33,259 nt of DNA, from NCBI RefSeq assembly GCF_001194135.2, contig NC_068988.1:95257425-95290683 (forward strand). The letters are read 5' to 3'. Origin of the DNA: Octopus bimaculoides. Its lineage: Eukaryota. Made by a program: the position numbers and the translations under genes. Each line of letters starts with the position of its first letter. Within the stretch, counting starts at the first letter, position 1. The notes under the pieces are model-generated. The model saw only the letters and a list, made by a program, of their open reading frames with translations. It did not search any database and had not been told where the DNA came from. Shown here one piece after another: positions 1-13,794 of the stretch.

Positions 1-1000
1 TATATATATATATATATATATATGCATATATGCATATATGCATATATGCATATATACAGATATGTATGTGTATAAAAACAGAGAGAGAGAGATACAAGAA
101 GAGCAGAAGAGCGAGATAGGGACATGTGTACGCGAGTGCTCTTACTCAAGAAGCCTTAAATTCTCCTAAAACAGGATGTAAATACTTTATGTTTAGACTA
201 CTTCATTCTGCGTTTGCGCAAACCACTTTTCACAACTCCATACTTCTTTTCCTTCCACTTACCGCTTTTTCTGTATTTCTGGTACAACAACACCGAGGCA
301 AATGTCTGAGTAAAAACATTGTAATATCTATGACTGGAATGAAGTTATTAAATATGCAAGCATTGCGAACTTTAGTAGCAAGTTTCGGCACACGGATTCA
401 CACACATTACACACGCATGTATGTGCGTGTGCGTGCCTGTGTCTGTGTGCGTGTCTATGTGTTCGAATGCGCCAAAAAGTATTTGCTGGGCCAAGCATTT
501 TCAGGTATAACATGGGTAAAGCTTTAGACGATAATTAAACCGGAGCTACGTCATACAGCAAAGAGGATTATACGAAAGGAAATCAAGGTGAACATATTTA
601 AAATGGGTTCAGAGCAGCATTTAGAAAAAACAAAAAGAAAAACAGAAAAGAAAAAAAAAAGAGAACTCGTAAGGCAGGAGAACGCATAACGGGTATTCCA
701 TGAAGCTAATAGATATCATATGAGGATAAAAAGTTATGATGGCCATTAAAGAGAGCATCACGTAACTGGGAGATAGACGATGGAGAAGGTATAAATTATA
801 ACATCATCTAAATCCAATGCCATGAATAATTTATATCCAACTCATAAATTACCACGTTGAATGTCGATTGTCACTGAACCTTACCTATCATCAAAGAACC
901 CGATTGTGTAGGTATGTGTGTATATACACCCATCTATCTATGTGGATGTTCATATGCGTATATATATATATATATATATAAATAATATATATAAGTATAT

Positions 1001-1047
<47 letters not shown>

Positions 1048-2213
1048 NNNNNNNNNNNNNNNNNNNNNNNNNNNNNNNNNNNNNNNNNNNNNNNNNNNNN
1101 NNNNNNNNNNNNNNNNNNNNNNNNNNNNNNNNNNNNNNNNNNNNNNNNNNNNNNNNNNNNNNNNNNNNNNNNNNNNNNNNNNNNNNNNNNNNNNNNNNNN
1201 NNNNNNNNNNNNNNNNNNNNNNNNNNNNNNNNNNNNNNNNNNNNNNNNNNNNNNNNNNNNNNNNNNNNNNNNNNNNNNNNNNNNNNNNNNNNNNNNNNNN
1301 NNNNNNNNNNNNNNNNNNNNNNNNNNNNNNNNNNNNNNNNNNNNNNNNNNNNNNNNNNNNNNNNNNNNNNNNNNNNNNNNNNNNNNNNNNNNNNNNNNNN
1401 NNNNNNNNNNNNNNNNNNNNNNNNNNNNNNNNNNNNNNNNNNNNNNNNNNNNNNNNNNNNNNNNNNNNNNNNNNNNNNNNNNNNNNNNNNNNNNNNNNNN
1501 NNNNNNNNNNNNNNNNNNNNNNNNNNNNNNNNNNNNNNNNNNNNNNNNNNNNNNNNNNNNNNNNNNNNNNNNNNNNNNNNNNNNNNNNNNNNNNNNNNNN
1601 NNNNNNNNNNNNNNNNNNNNNNNNNNNNNNNNNNNNNNNNNNNNNNNNNNNNNNNNNNNNNNNNNNNNNNNNNNNNNNNNNNNNNNNNNNNNNNNNNNNN
1701 NNNNNNNNNNNNNNNNNNNNNNNNNNNNNNNNNNNNNNNNNNNNNNNNNNNNNNNNNNNNNNNNNNNNNNNNNNNNNNNNNNNNNNNNNNNNNNNNNNNN
1801 NNNNNNNNNNNNNNNNNNNNNNNNNNNNNNNNNNNNNNNNNNNNNNNNNNNNNNNNNNNNNNNNNNNNNNNNNNNNNNNNNNNNNNNNNNNNNNNNNNNN
1901 NNNNNNNNNNNNNNNNNNNNNNNNNNNNNNNNNNNNNNNNNNNNNNNNNNNNNNNNNNNNNNNNNNNNNNNNNNNNNNNNNNNNNNNNNNNNNNNNNNNN
2001 NNNNNNNNNNNNNNNNACAGAACCGTGCAAATATCTTCGGTCACTTTAAACTATTGTAAATTTCTACTAATTGCCAACTTATAACTGGTTGTTTCGCATT
2101 GCATATTTCACACATGAAACATTGGCCCTGTTGGAGTCATTTCTATACCTAATCGTTATATTTTGCAGTAGGGGTTCTGAATAAGAGGGTAAGATGCGAG
2201 AAGACCACAAAAA

Positions 2214-2840
2214 ATGGCCATGCAAAAGTTTTTGGCCACCTCACACAAACCAATCAAGATACGACATTTTAAGACAGAAAAATGTTTAAAATGAAAATTT
2301 ATTACATAATGTGCATTTCAAGAAGTTACTGTACATTGTTAATATTTCGTGTGGCTTCCCTTTGCTAGAATAATTGCTTCAATGTACCTGAGAAGAGATG
2401 CGTACAAATCCTTCACCCTCTTCACAGGTATGAGATGCCATTCTCTGTGGCTGAGCTCCCACAACTCTTCAAGGTTGCGTGGATTCTTCTGTGGAACTCT
2501 TCTCTTTAGTTCTGTCCACATTTGCTCGATGATATTTAAGCCTGGGCTCTGGGCTGATCAATCTTTCAATATGGTAACACCTTCATCAGCCAGACTTTAT
2601 TGTGTTACACGCGATCTGTGGCATGGAGCCCCGTCATGCTGAAAAATCTCACCTTCATTCAAGTCCGATATCAGATTATCCTTCAGCAACTGGATGTATT
2701 TGGCACTATTCAAGCTAACGTCAATTTTAACCAACTTTCTTGAACTATCACTTTTTATGTATCCTCAAAGCATTAGACTCTTACTCCCAAACACTTCACT
2801 GTTTTCGTCGTGTAACGTGGGTCGTTTCACTTTCTGAGAA
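2214..2840 (-). mobile_element. Tc1-like DNA transposon remnant (C-terminal DDE half of the transposase plus a probable right TIR), pseudogenised
   Basis: Minus-strand translation across frameshifts: NDPRYTTKTVK..GSKSLML*GYIKSDSSRKLVKIDVSLNSAK/YIQLLKDNLISDLNEGEIFQHDGAPCHRSRVTQ*SLADEGVTILKD*SAQSPGLNIIEQMWTELKRRVPQKNPRNLEELWELSHREWHLIPVKRVKDLYASLLRYIEAIILAKGSHTKY. This matches Tc1 motifs FQQDNAPCH, WPSQSPDLNPIE and AVI.AKG..TKY. TIR-like ATGGCCATGCAAAAGTTTTTGGCCACC at 2214-2240. Confidence 0.92.
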
Positions 2841-2915
2841 GCAAGAATTTGTCAGAAGGCTTCCAGAAAAGCGAAAGACGTTTTGCCCGGTACTGTATCG
2901 GAATGATTTGAAATC

Positions 2916-3172
2916 GGCGAACTGGCAGAATCGTTACAGCACCGAGCAAAATGCTTAGCGGCATTCATCCTCGTTACGTTGAGTTCAAATTCCGCCGAGG
3001 TCCACTTTGTCTTTCATCCTTTCGGGATCGACAAAATAAATACAGCTGAGCACAGGGGTCGAAATAAGTACAGCTGAGTATAGGGGGCGAAATAAGTACA
3101 GCTGAGTACAGGGGGCGAAATAATCGACGCCTCTTCCCATTTGCTGACCTTGTACCAAACATTTGGAACCAA
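2916..3172 (+). mobile_element. tRNA-derived SINE, family A, near full length, with internal 3x28 bp tandem duplication
   Basis: A-box TGGCAGAATCG (2923-2933) and B-box GAGTTCAAATTCC (2981-2993); body GCCGAGGTC.ACTTTG.CTTTCATCCTTTCGGG.TCGA shared with four other copies in the window. Confidence 0.9.
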
Positions 3173-3493
3173 CATGTGAATGATAATAGCTGTCATCTTC
3201 AAAATGATAGAAAGCTCTTAGGAAGAAACAGACAGGAATTGGTTTGAGGGTCAGGTTTGTTGCTGCTTTCATTCAAAGACACAAGGCAGTTATCAATAGG
3301 CGAGGTTGGGTGCCATTTCGTCACGGTTGAACAGTAAAATAAAGGTATTATGGTAGTCTCGTGGCAGTTATAGTTAGAATAATTAAAAATAGTTAACAAT
3401 TGCTTCCGCATAATTAAACTCTAATTTGAATATCAAATAACTTTCTTGTAATCTGCAGCAAAGTACACACCCCCTACTAATTGATAGACATGC

Positions 3494-3539
<46 letters not shown>

Positions 3540-3568
3540 CTATATTACTATAACTGCATTTACAAATA

Positions 3569-3609
<41 letters not shown>

Positions 3610-4041
3610 TGAGGTACTCACTCATTAGATAGTTGACTTCTAAAGGTTAACACCTGCCAGGTGCTTAAATTTACAAATTCCCCCACTTCAACAACAATAG
3701 CAACAACAACAACAACAACAGCAAGAACGGAAGAAGAAGAAGAAGAAGAAATGCATAAAATACATAGATAAATAAAATAAATAAATAAAAGTCAAAATAC
3801 AATAAAAGGCAAAAGAACAGCATTTTGTGTTTTGTGATAAGAATAATATTCCCTCAGGAATGAAGAAGAGAGGAAACGTAAGAAATAGAAAACAAAGACA
3901 AGAAAAAAACTAGAAATAAATGGGCCGTGTGTGTAATGCCTAATTTTGGAGTTTGTCTCAGTCACACAACGAGCTGGCCGTTCGTTACAGGTCAAATCTG
4001 GCCGATAAAATTCTCACCTAATACCTGTACTAGTCTGGCTT

Positions 4042-4195
<154 letters not shown>

Positions 4196-4557
4196 ACCTG
4201 TATTACTTTGCTTTACCTGTCACCTTCACTATCCTTGGTAACCAAACGACTTTTTTCGTACACACACACACACACACACATATATATGTGTATGTATATA
4301 TGTATATATGTATGTATGTATGTATATACACGTGTGTGGGTAAGTGGGTGGGTGTATTCTTATTTATTGTGAACTCGTTATTGTTTTGTTTTATTTTTTT
4401 TCTATATATTTAATAAAAGACTGAAAAAGCCCCTCTATTGAGCTTGTTCGTGGCTTTTTGTAGAATGTGACTTCCGGCCAAGTCAAAGAAATAATCGACT
4501 CTGTCCTCTCTCTCTTCCCCACCATCGCCTTCGTTTGTCTTTTCCCACTGATGATGG

Positions 4558-4558
4558 A

Positions 4559-4608
<50 letters not shown>
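4558..4608. repeat. (AAT)n microsatellite
   Basis: Pure AAT run seen directly. Confidence 0.97.
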
Positions 4609-4609
<1 letters not shown>

Positions 4610-5487
4610 CTGTTGCTCAATAAAGAATACTCTTTCTTCTGATTCTGTCTCTACTTTTTCTTCTTTTCTTTTCTGAGCAATTTTCTTTTTAAAAGACAGA
4701 TGGCTTTGAGAACAATACCAACTGGGAATTTTCTCTTTCCATTGTGCTAAAGGCCGACAATTTTATTTATTTATTTATTTATTGAATTTTTTTATTTGTT
4801 TATTTTTACAAAACTACATTCACCTAATGCGTTTCATTCAAATCCAGTTTCACAACCTCTCACTTTTTCCGCCAAACACCTCTAATATACAGAATCCCTT
4901 TGTTCTACTTTACTAATCGGCAGCGATTTCAAACAAAAATAAAATAAAACCAAACAAATGTCTTCAAATACTTTTCTTGTGTCTTCCTTTTGTTACGATT
5001 CTTTGTGCTTTTTTATTTCATTATCTAACTTGTTTTTTTAATCATTTTTGCTTTCTTTTCTTTCATGTTAGTTAAGGTATATTTTCACTGCATTTTAAAT
5101 TCCTTTTCTCGTTATAATCATTGTGTTTTTATTAAATTAAAACTTACGTGCGGTCAGCTGGTTATTTTGCATATTTGTGAAAAGCTAGAAAGAAATATAA
5201 AAATAAAGATTACAAAAACTTTCGCCCACATTTTTCATTCTTTGAATATTTTGGAATGTACAGATGGTTATAGAAGTAAGTATGGATGAAGTGAAAGAAG
5301 ATGTGCTGTAAATTGATAGAATTCCTTCTTTCTGAGAGAAGTTGGAATGCAAAGGACATATTTTTGACAAAAACAAACTAATTAAAAGCCAAACGTCCGA
5401 ACGATAATTACAAAAATGACAAAACTATTGCATTTATCTCTCACCGTCTCTAGCTCTCTCACTCACTCTCTTTCTCTCCATATATAC

Positions 5488-5529
<42 letters not shown>

Positions 5530-5944
5530 ATGTATACATACATAAATATGTACATACTCATATGTATATATATAATATTATTGTTCCTTCTTACGAAAAA
5601 TATAGAACAGCTTAAGAAATGCTCGGGTCGAACCCAAGACAAAAGATAAGAATTAAGATATAAACTCAAATTAGGAAATTATACTCATACAGTTATAAAT
5701 TCGACTTAAAATGCGTATACATATATTAATACATATCGACACATGAATATTTATAAATATTTATAAAATATAAATATATATATAGAAATATAAATGAAAA
5801 TACATGTAGATAAAACCCATGTGGGATACATATGGAAGGAAGTGTGAGAAAAAGAGAACTGATAAAAAGTTTTTTGAGCTAAAATAAAGAGCTGACGTGA
5901 AATTAAAAGAACGGGCTGAAAACTCAGCTGCACCGTATACATAT

Positions 5945-6123
5945 GATTACTTATGGGGTACCCTAAAGGTTGTCATGTATCGCACAAAACCGGCTACGAG
6001 AAGAAACGCTATGTGCAGCAATCTCTGGACAATTATGCCGACGTTGTCAAAATAGCGGTTTGACATAGTATTAAGTGTAAGGAAGCAAATGGCCACCACT
6101 TTAAGCGCCTCTTGTACTTGTAG
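5945..6123 (+). mobile_element. Tc1/mariner transposase extreme C-terminal fragment (mariner-type, possibly DD41D/rosa-like)
   Basis: DYLWGTLKVVMYRTKPAT, then after a frameshift ..ADVVKIAV*HSIKCKEANGHHFKRLL*; matches the D(F/Y)YLWG.LK..VY..KP and C..ANG.HFEHLL C-terminal pattern of mariner-type transposases. Subfamily is inference. Confidence 0.7.
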
Positions 6124-6199
6124 AAGTTAAAGGTAACTTGTATTATGATCGCGGTGGCTGCATAAATTCAGTTGAAATATTTCTACGTTCTTTTTAAAA

Positions 6200-6327
<128 letters not shown>

Positions 6328-6674
6328 AAGCTTTCTCGTATACGAGCAAAGCCATTGCTAGAAAGAATCATTGAAATGAATAGTTGATGATGCAATATGT
6401 GGCCCTTGTATGACCCTTGAGCCCGGCCAAAGATTTTCACATTCATNNNNNNNNNNNNNNNNNNNNNNNNNNNNNNNNNNNNNNNNNNNNNNNNNNNNNN
6501 NNNNNNNNNNNNNNNNNNNNNATATATATATGGAAGTAGATCCGAATTCGGTAGAATTTGAACACAGAAAACTAATGCTTGTTGTGCTACTATACTGCCA
6601 TGCCTACACATGATGAAGATGCTGGCCACATATTTTCGGGGTAGGTGGAGTAATATAAACGAATGTATGGAATC

Positions 6675-6808
6675 GAGGTACATGATTCGGACTGATTTTA
6701 TCACCCCCTGGAAAATGGTACGATAAAGCCAGATTTGGGATGTTTTGAACTCGAACTCATAACGTAGACCAAGGGATAAGCGAATCACCGTCGACCATTC
6801 TACCGCCC
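6675..6808 (-). mobile_element. Old, diverged SINE family A copy
   Basis: Reverse complement GGCGGTAGAATGG..TACGTTATGAGTTCGAGTTCAAAAC..CAGGGGGTGATAAAATCAGT aligns loosely with the A-box, B-box and GGGGTCGATAAAATAAGTA body of family A. Confidence 0.55.
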
Positions 6809-7639
6809 AGCAGTTACAGAAATATTATTAATATTGCTACAATTATCACTACACAAGTCTGTTCCTGTTTCCTATTCATGAATGTCAAGACAAAATTTTC
6901 CTCCCTTTTCTTTCGCAACACCCTTTTCTTTCTTTCCCTTCATAAACGGCTCCCATTTCAACCAAACCAGTCCCCTATGCTATCTCCACCTTGCATTCTA
7001 GCAATCCAGTCCAGTTCTTCCCCCTCTACCGCCTTCTTTTCTCCTTACCAAACTTGAAACATATGGTCGTCATTTCTCAATGTAATTTATCAACCAGAAA
7101 GAAAACAATATCTGCACAACACAAGCCTTCTTTTCTCTCTTTCTCTCTCCCTCTTCTTCTTTGTCTCTCTGTCTATCTAACTATCTCTCTATCTCTCTTT
7201 CTCCAGACTCCGACAGAAAATAATCTAACAAGACAGAATGTAACCTAAACCCAATCAAGTAGAAATGAGGAATTCTTCAAAGTAAAAATACTATTTGTTT
7301 CTATGTCTTCTCTAAAATCTCTTTTGTCTAATTCGTTCTTTATTTTTTTTTTATTTTTAGATACATTTCTTTATTGATATTTTTTTTCTTCACTTCTATA
7401 ACAACAACAACAGCAACATTTACAACAATAACAATGACGACAACGCCAACAAAAATATAGTTTTATTATTGACAAAGTACAAGATGGAAAACATTGCAAG
7501 AGTTCACCGTTTTGTAAACAGAGATATCTCGCAGTCCAAGGCATAAACAGGTTTCTTTTAGAGATATCGTATATGAATATGCATGGCGAGAGCAATTCAG
7601 AAGTTGTACAGAAAAGAATCGAGTTTTTCTGATTTTATT

Positions 7640-7641
<2 letters not shown>

Positions 7642-7688
<47 letters not shown>

Positions 7689-7757
7689 CCACCACCATCA
7701 TCCTCGTCATCATCATCGTCATCATCATCATCATCATCATCATCAACAGCAGCAGCA
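7642..7757. repeat. (CAT)n microsatellite with CAC/CGT interruptions and a CAG/CAA end
   Basis: Seen directly; explains the poly-D and poly-I ORFs. Confidence 0.97.
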
Positions 7758-8290
7758 GCGTTTATTTGTGCGCTCTTTTTGGTATTGATTAAAAATTTAG
7801 GTGCCACTTGTTAAAAAGTTTGTACATATTCATGGGGAAATTGGTGGTACATAATGTTATTTATGTAATCGGCCGATGGGGCCTCGCAGTACTACGATAA
7901 GGACGCCCCCCCCCTTTTCACAAATGTGAATGTGTGCGCGTGTTTGTGTGTACGTGTGTGTGTATGTTTCTGTGAGATGGGGAAGGGAGAATTTGTCGTT
8001 ATGTTTCCAACGCATTCAACGAGTCTTGGAGAAAGAAGATTTTTGTTATGTATCTAATGTTGGCATTGCATTCGCTATCAGAATAATTCTTGAGATGGGG
8101 AGGGGTTATCAGAGGGATGCAACTGACAAAAATATTTTTCTAACGTTAGCCGAAGCAGAATGGTTATCAACGCATATATAAGAAATTGCAACACACACAC
8201 ACACACACATACAAACAGAAAGAGAGAGAGGAGGGGAAGAGAAAATTCACATATACGTACGTGTATGTATATGCGCGCATACACGTGTAA

Positions 8291-8343
<53 letters not shown>

Positions 8344-8357
8344 GTTTGTATGTGAGT

Positions 8358-8398
<41 letters not shown>

Positions 8399-9451
8399 CG
8401 TGTGTGTGTATATATATGTATATAGATATGTGTGTGTATATATATACATATATATATACTTGTGTGTGTATGTATCTGTCTGTATGTGTATGTTTACAAA
8501 TACATACATAAATACATACAAACATGCATAGATACACACTCACACACTCTTGCTAGTAAATATATGTACATATTTGCTCATACAACGTAACACATATTCA
8601 CACATACGTACACACATGAAAGAGAGAAGACACAGGCAAAATAAAAGCAATTGTCATTCATTATTGAATAAAGAAAACAATTAAATAAAGGAAAACATTT
8701 AAATTAATTCATTTTAAAAACACGTCAAAGCATATTGGTCAGGGAACAAAAACAAGAAAGAGAAAAAAAAAAGCCAGCAAAGTTTGGCAAGCAGCTTGTG
8801 TGAAGTGTAATGGCGTTTATCGCAAATGACAGGCACAACTCAAATAGTCCCGCCTTGAGAAGCTTGCATATATTTTCCAGTTATACTTTCTGTCAATATT
8901 TAAATATATTTGAAAACAGCTTGGAAGTTGGAAGAATTAAAGTGATTATCAAAGGTTTATCTCCAATCAACGCCATATCTATTCGGCATCTTTTTAATTT
9001 GAAGGAAGGCTGGAGGCACGTTTTACTTTAACTTTAAATAAGGAATTTTATATAAAACAGTTAATGGCTTCTCTTGTTTTGTATTTGAGGATTTTTCTTT
9101 CTTTACAAATGTTTTCGGTTTTAAGAATTTCTATTCTTTTAATTATTGATATCATTTTTGCTGCTATTCCTATTGTTAAGTGGTATTTCTTGTTCAAATA
9201 TCTGGAGAAGTAGTAGTCGTAATAATTGTTATAGTTAGAGCTATTGTGGAGGAGGATGGATGGATTTTGTTGTTTTATTTTCTAGAGAGAAATAATTTCT
9301 GCAATTCCTTGTTTGTGTGATTGCGATTGTTCTTCTCACTGATACTTTTTAACGAAGACATTCATGGCGATGATCACGGTGATCTAAATGCCGCTGCTGA
9401 AAGTGTTGGTGGTGAGAATAAGATATTTACGATGAGGATGATGAGGAGGAT

Positions 9452-9455
9452 GATG

Positions 9456-9490
<35 letters not shown>

Positions 9491-9493
9491 AAC

Positions 9494-9546
<53 letters not shown>

Positions 9547-9715
9547 GCCCAATTTTAGTGGGGAGGTATTCTCTCGATTACATCAAACCCTGTGATCAAT
9601 TAGTACTTATTTTATAGACCCTGAAAGGATAAAAGTCAAAGTCGACCTCGGCGGGATTTGAACTCAGAATGTAAAGACGGTCGAATGCCACTAAGGATTC
9701 TGCTAACTTGCAACC
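9452..9715 (-). mobile_element. SINE family A copy with (TTA)n tail and an approx. 20 bp deletion between A- and B-box
   Basis: Reverse complement TAGCAGAATC|CTTAGTGGCATTCGACCGTCTTTACATTCTGAGTTCAAATCCCGCCGAGGTCGACTTTG...; (AAT)n on + at about 9452-9545 is the tail. Confidence 0.88.
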
Positions 9716-9719
9716 TTAA

Positions 9720-9926
9720 TAATGATAACAAAGATGATGATGATGGTGATGATGATGATGATGATGATGGTCATCATCATCATCATCATCATTTTAATCA
9801 TAACTGCTCTCCTATTATACAGGACAGATGAAAATCGACAGCAACGACGTCAGCGAGAAGTAAAATTTCTACACAACAACAACAACAGTAACAACAACAA
9901 CAACAACAACAACTAAAATAAGAACG

Positions 9927-9985
<59 letters not shown>
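9720..9985. repeat. Cluster of trinucleotide microsatellites (GAT)n, (CAT)n, (CAA)n, (AAT)n
   Basis: Seen directly. Confidence 0.95.
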
Positions 9986-10249
9986 TACCCAGGGAAAACC
10001 GGTGATGTTTGTCAGGTTCCCGTGATTCGGTGATAGTTGGTTGGCACTGTGATAAGATTCTGGTTATAGAACTCAAAGATTGACGTACGTCATTAGAAAT
10101 TCGGCTTCGAACCAAAATATATTTGTTTAGAAATTTTAATTTGAATTAAGAAATTTAACAAAGAAAGAAACAATGCAAACCCTCAGATTAAAAAAAAAAA
10201 TTAAATTGATTGTATTTCTTTGTTATTCATTAATATGTAACGTTAATTA

Positions 10250-10370
10250 ATATGTATATATGCAGATATTTACGTATCTATGCGTACACGTCTGTGTGCG
10301 TATGTATATCTATATTTCTAAGCCTGTATCTATGTATACACACATACACACACATACATACATCATACAT

Positions 10371-10423
<53 letters not shown>

Positions 10424-10614
10424 GATATGCTACATGCATATTTGTATATATATACGTGTGTGGGTGCGTGTGTGTGAAACGTACACATTTAGCGATATGT
10501 ATGTGTATATATATGCATATATATATAGATACATATATGATACAAACACATTCATACATATATATATATGTGTGTGTGTGTGTGTGTAAATGCATATATA
10601 TGTATATACATAAA

Positions 10615-10646
<32 letters not shown>

Positions 10647-10740
10647 CATATTCATTTACATATATCATATGATACATATTACACATACACACATACTCTC
10701 ACTCACAATATATATATATATATATATACATTTATACACG
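10250..10740. repeat. Degenerate TA/CA/TG dinucleotide field
   Basis: Seen directly; source of YIYI/CVCV ORFs. Confidence 0.92.
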
Positions 10741-12548
10741 TTTTTTTCTCCAGCAACCTGAGAGTTATATAAAATCAAGTGGCATGTAGTTGCGTTTAAA
10801 TTCTCACATAAATTCAATATACATATATACACATGTATGCGTAAGTGGGCCTATATATATATATATATATATATATATGCATATATATACATATATATGG
10901 CCACACTGGCGTCTGTTTACAATTAAGCTCACATACATACACTGATATATGTAAATGTAGAAATGCTAATCAATTTAATTTTAGGCTATTAATACATGTA
11001 GCAGTAATATTTATGTATATCCGAAATAGTATATTCTACACAAACTATATTTTTGTTTTTTTAAATTTCATTCTTACCACTTTAGATGATACATTTGCAT
11101 ACGGTGCCCCTATTTCTGAGTTCTGTTTCCAGTTTTGCCGCCATGTTTTTCTGACCATACTTTTGAGGTGGACATAACACCCACAATTCATTCTTATTCT
11201 CTTATTAAACATATATAATGCTCAATGTGGTTAAGTCTCGTTATATTGTTGCTAGTTTCTTGTAATTGTTTTCGGTTTCAAGCCCCAGATAAGCCCTGGT
11301 GTTACAGATATGTGTTGGAATCAAGCAACCGTGGCTATTCCCTGTTTTGCCAAGCTACTGTGAGTCTGGATCCACAGAATCCCTTGTGTGTTTCCTTTTT
11401 GAAGACATGACACGTCTCATGGTTTTTACTTTCTTTTGGCTTCACTCGTTCCTTTCTTACATTTTTGATTTGAGAACTCCAACTGAAAAGTTGCTACTAT
11501 CACCTTGTCACAAAGTTTTCATTTTGTTATTTTCTGATTTTAATCCAATTCATTTTGCCAAACTCATAAGGCTAGATGGTGTGATTTTTTGGAAGTTTGG
11601 TTCCCTCTTTGACTAGAACGACATTGAATTACGAAGTGACAGAATGTTGCCCTTTTTCGCATCTTCTCAAAGACACATTACAAAATCATTCCCCACTATT
11701 TTCGATCTTACAATAATCTAACATTCAACCCAGAAAGGATTCATCTGTCGTCTGCTTAACGTAGTGATTCTTTGCGTTTCCTAATAAAAGCATGTCTGAA
11801 ATAAACCCGTCTTATCGGTTCGTCTGTCGTCATCGACGATGACCAAGGATATCACATGGAAGAAGTAGGCAGGGTACAATGAGTTTGACTGTACCTAATC
11901 AGTCTGATGCGGGCTCGGAAGGCTTAGCAGCCACTCGGCAACTCGTTGTCTGTTGAAACTTAAGGCAAGGAGTTCTCTCTGTACTTACGTAGTTTATTTA
12001 TGAATATTTTAAATCAAAATGCTTATTTAGAAACAAATATTCAAGAATAATTTATTGGCAGATAACCTATCTGATATATTCTTCCAGTGATTCTTCTGTA
12101 TTAAACTGAATTCCTGATCAACAATCCTCGACTACAAAGTCCATGATTAAAGACATTCCATCTGTAACTAAAGTACATTTGGTTTTGGCTTAGTGCATCG
12201 AAGCAACGAATGTTTGTGTGGACTTCTATTTTAGACGGGGGTAGAGAGAAGTGTATAAGATAGATTTTGCTACTTATTTATTCGATCCAGCGGTTACAAA
12301 GAATTCTTCGTATACTGTGTCAGGAAATAAATTCCTCGGCAGTTCCAATATCATTCACTAACTTCCGGATGTAGAACTTGGTGCAGCTTCCATAGTTTAT
12401 GGTTGGTTTCCAATGGTTGCACTACAGCAATATTCCAAGAAGCCAATGAACAGCTCTCGAAACAAATTTTCCACTTTTCGAAAGGAAATAAGAACGAAGC
12501 AACAACATTCTCAACCACACTGTAAAGGTCACATTTCATTTTCCCTTG

Positions 12549-12733
<185 letters not shown>

Positions 12734-13012
12734 ATTATATGTATGCATGCATGTATGTTCTTGTAACACAAATCGAAAAAAGTTGTTGCGTTTTTCTTCC
12801 CCTTCATCGCTGTACGTAGGCGCTCCTAGCTTCAACCAGTTTCTTCCACTGCCATACCATTGTCCTGCATAAAATAAAAGAAGAAAAGAAAACACTCTTC
12901 AGATTCGGATTGAAATTCTTCTCCGTTTCTTCGTATTTTCGGAGGAAGTAAATTGGTTGAAATCCGTTAGTTTTGAATCGCGTTGACTCTTTGTATGTAT
13001 TAACTAATAGCA

Positions 13013-13016
13013 GTAG

Positions 13017-13112
<96 letters not shown>

Positions 13113-13165
13113 ATAGTAGTAATAGTAGTAGTAGTTGTAGTAGAAAGCGTGGTGGTGATGGTGGT
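13013..13165. repeat. Compound (TAG)n(CAG)n(TAG)n(TGG)n microsatellite
   Basis: Seen directly. Confidence 0.97.
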
Positions 13166-13794
13166 GGCAGTTGTTGATGTACTGCGGTTTCTCGTTAAAC
13201 CATACAGTATGTACGTATGTGTGAGTGTATGTGTGCGCGTGCACGCACGTACGTGTGTGAGAGAGCATATTGCACGCACGTAAATNNNNNNNNNNNNNNN
13301 NNNNNNNNNNNNNNNNNNNNNNNNNNNNNNNNNNNNNNNNNNNNNNNNNNNNNNNNNNNNNNNNNNNNNNNNNNNNNNNNNNNNNNNNNNNNNNNNNNNN
13401 NNNNNNNNNNNNNNNNNNNNNNNNNNNNNNNNNNNNNNNNNNNNNNNNNNNNNNNNNNNNNNNNNNNNNNNNNNNNNNNNNNNNNNNNNNNNNNNNNNNN
13501 NNNNNNNNNNNNNNNNNNNNNNNNNNNNNNNNNNNNNNNNNNNNNNNNNNNNNNNNNNNNNNNNNNNNNNNNNNNNNNNNNNNNNNNNNNNNNNNNNNNN
13601 NNNNNNNNNNNNNNNNNNNNNNNNNNNNNNNNNNNNNNNNNNNNATATATATATATATATATATAAAGGGTGCGATGAGTGAATTGTCGTCATTTGATAT
13701 CTTTAGATTCATACATTGTTTGTTTTTGACTTTGTTGATTAAATAGTATGACAGCCAGCGTTAGTTGGACACCGTCTGTGAGAAAAATGGCACC

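Noticed and set aside
126-527. 133 aa plus-strand ORF
   Set aside because: Near-cognate start, crosses a (GT)n-like tract, no recognisable domain.
2169-2188. Plus-strand micro-exon (TTTTGCAG|20 nt|GTAAGA); similarly 5264-5275 (CAG|12 nt|GTAAGT)
   Set aside because: Too short to distinguish from chance; no recognisable peptide.
2916-3000. tRNA genes at SINE heads (also 14770, 25534, 32260)
   Set aside because: A/B boxes are present but there is no complete cloverleaf, and each continues into a SINE body.
3034-3117. CRISPR-like 28 bp repeats
   Set aside because: Head-to-tail with no spacers, inside a SINE, eukaryotic context, no cas genes.
3651-3663. Inverted E-box pair CACCTG-C-CAGGTG
   Set aside because: A single 13 bp motif in 33 kb, without conservation or chromatin evidence.
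9987-10113. Sequence after (AAT)n with faint similarity to an R4/Dong-type C-terminus (PG...LVGT)
   Set aside because: Similarity too weak and interrupted by stops; needs a library search.
11270-11350. Possible old SINE or retroelement remnant (AAGCCCCAGATAAGCCCTG...)
   Set aside because: No second copy in the window and no promoter boxes to support it.
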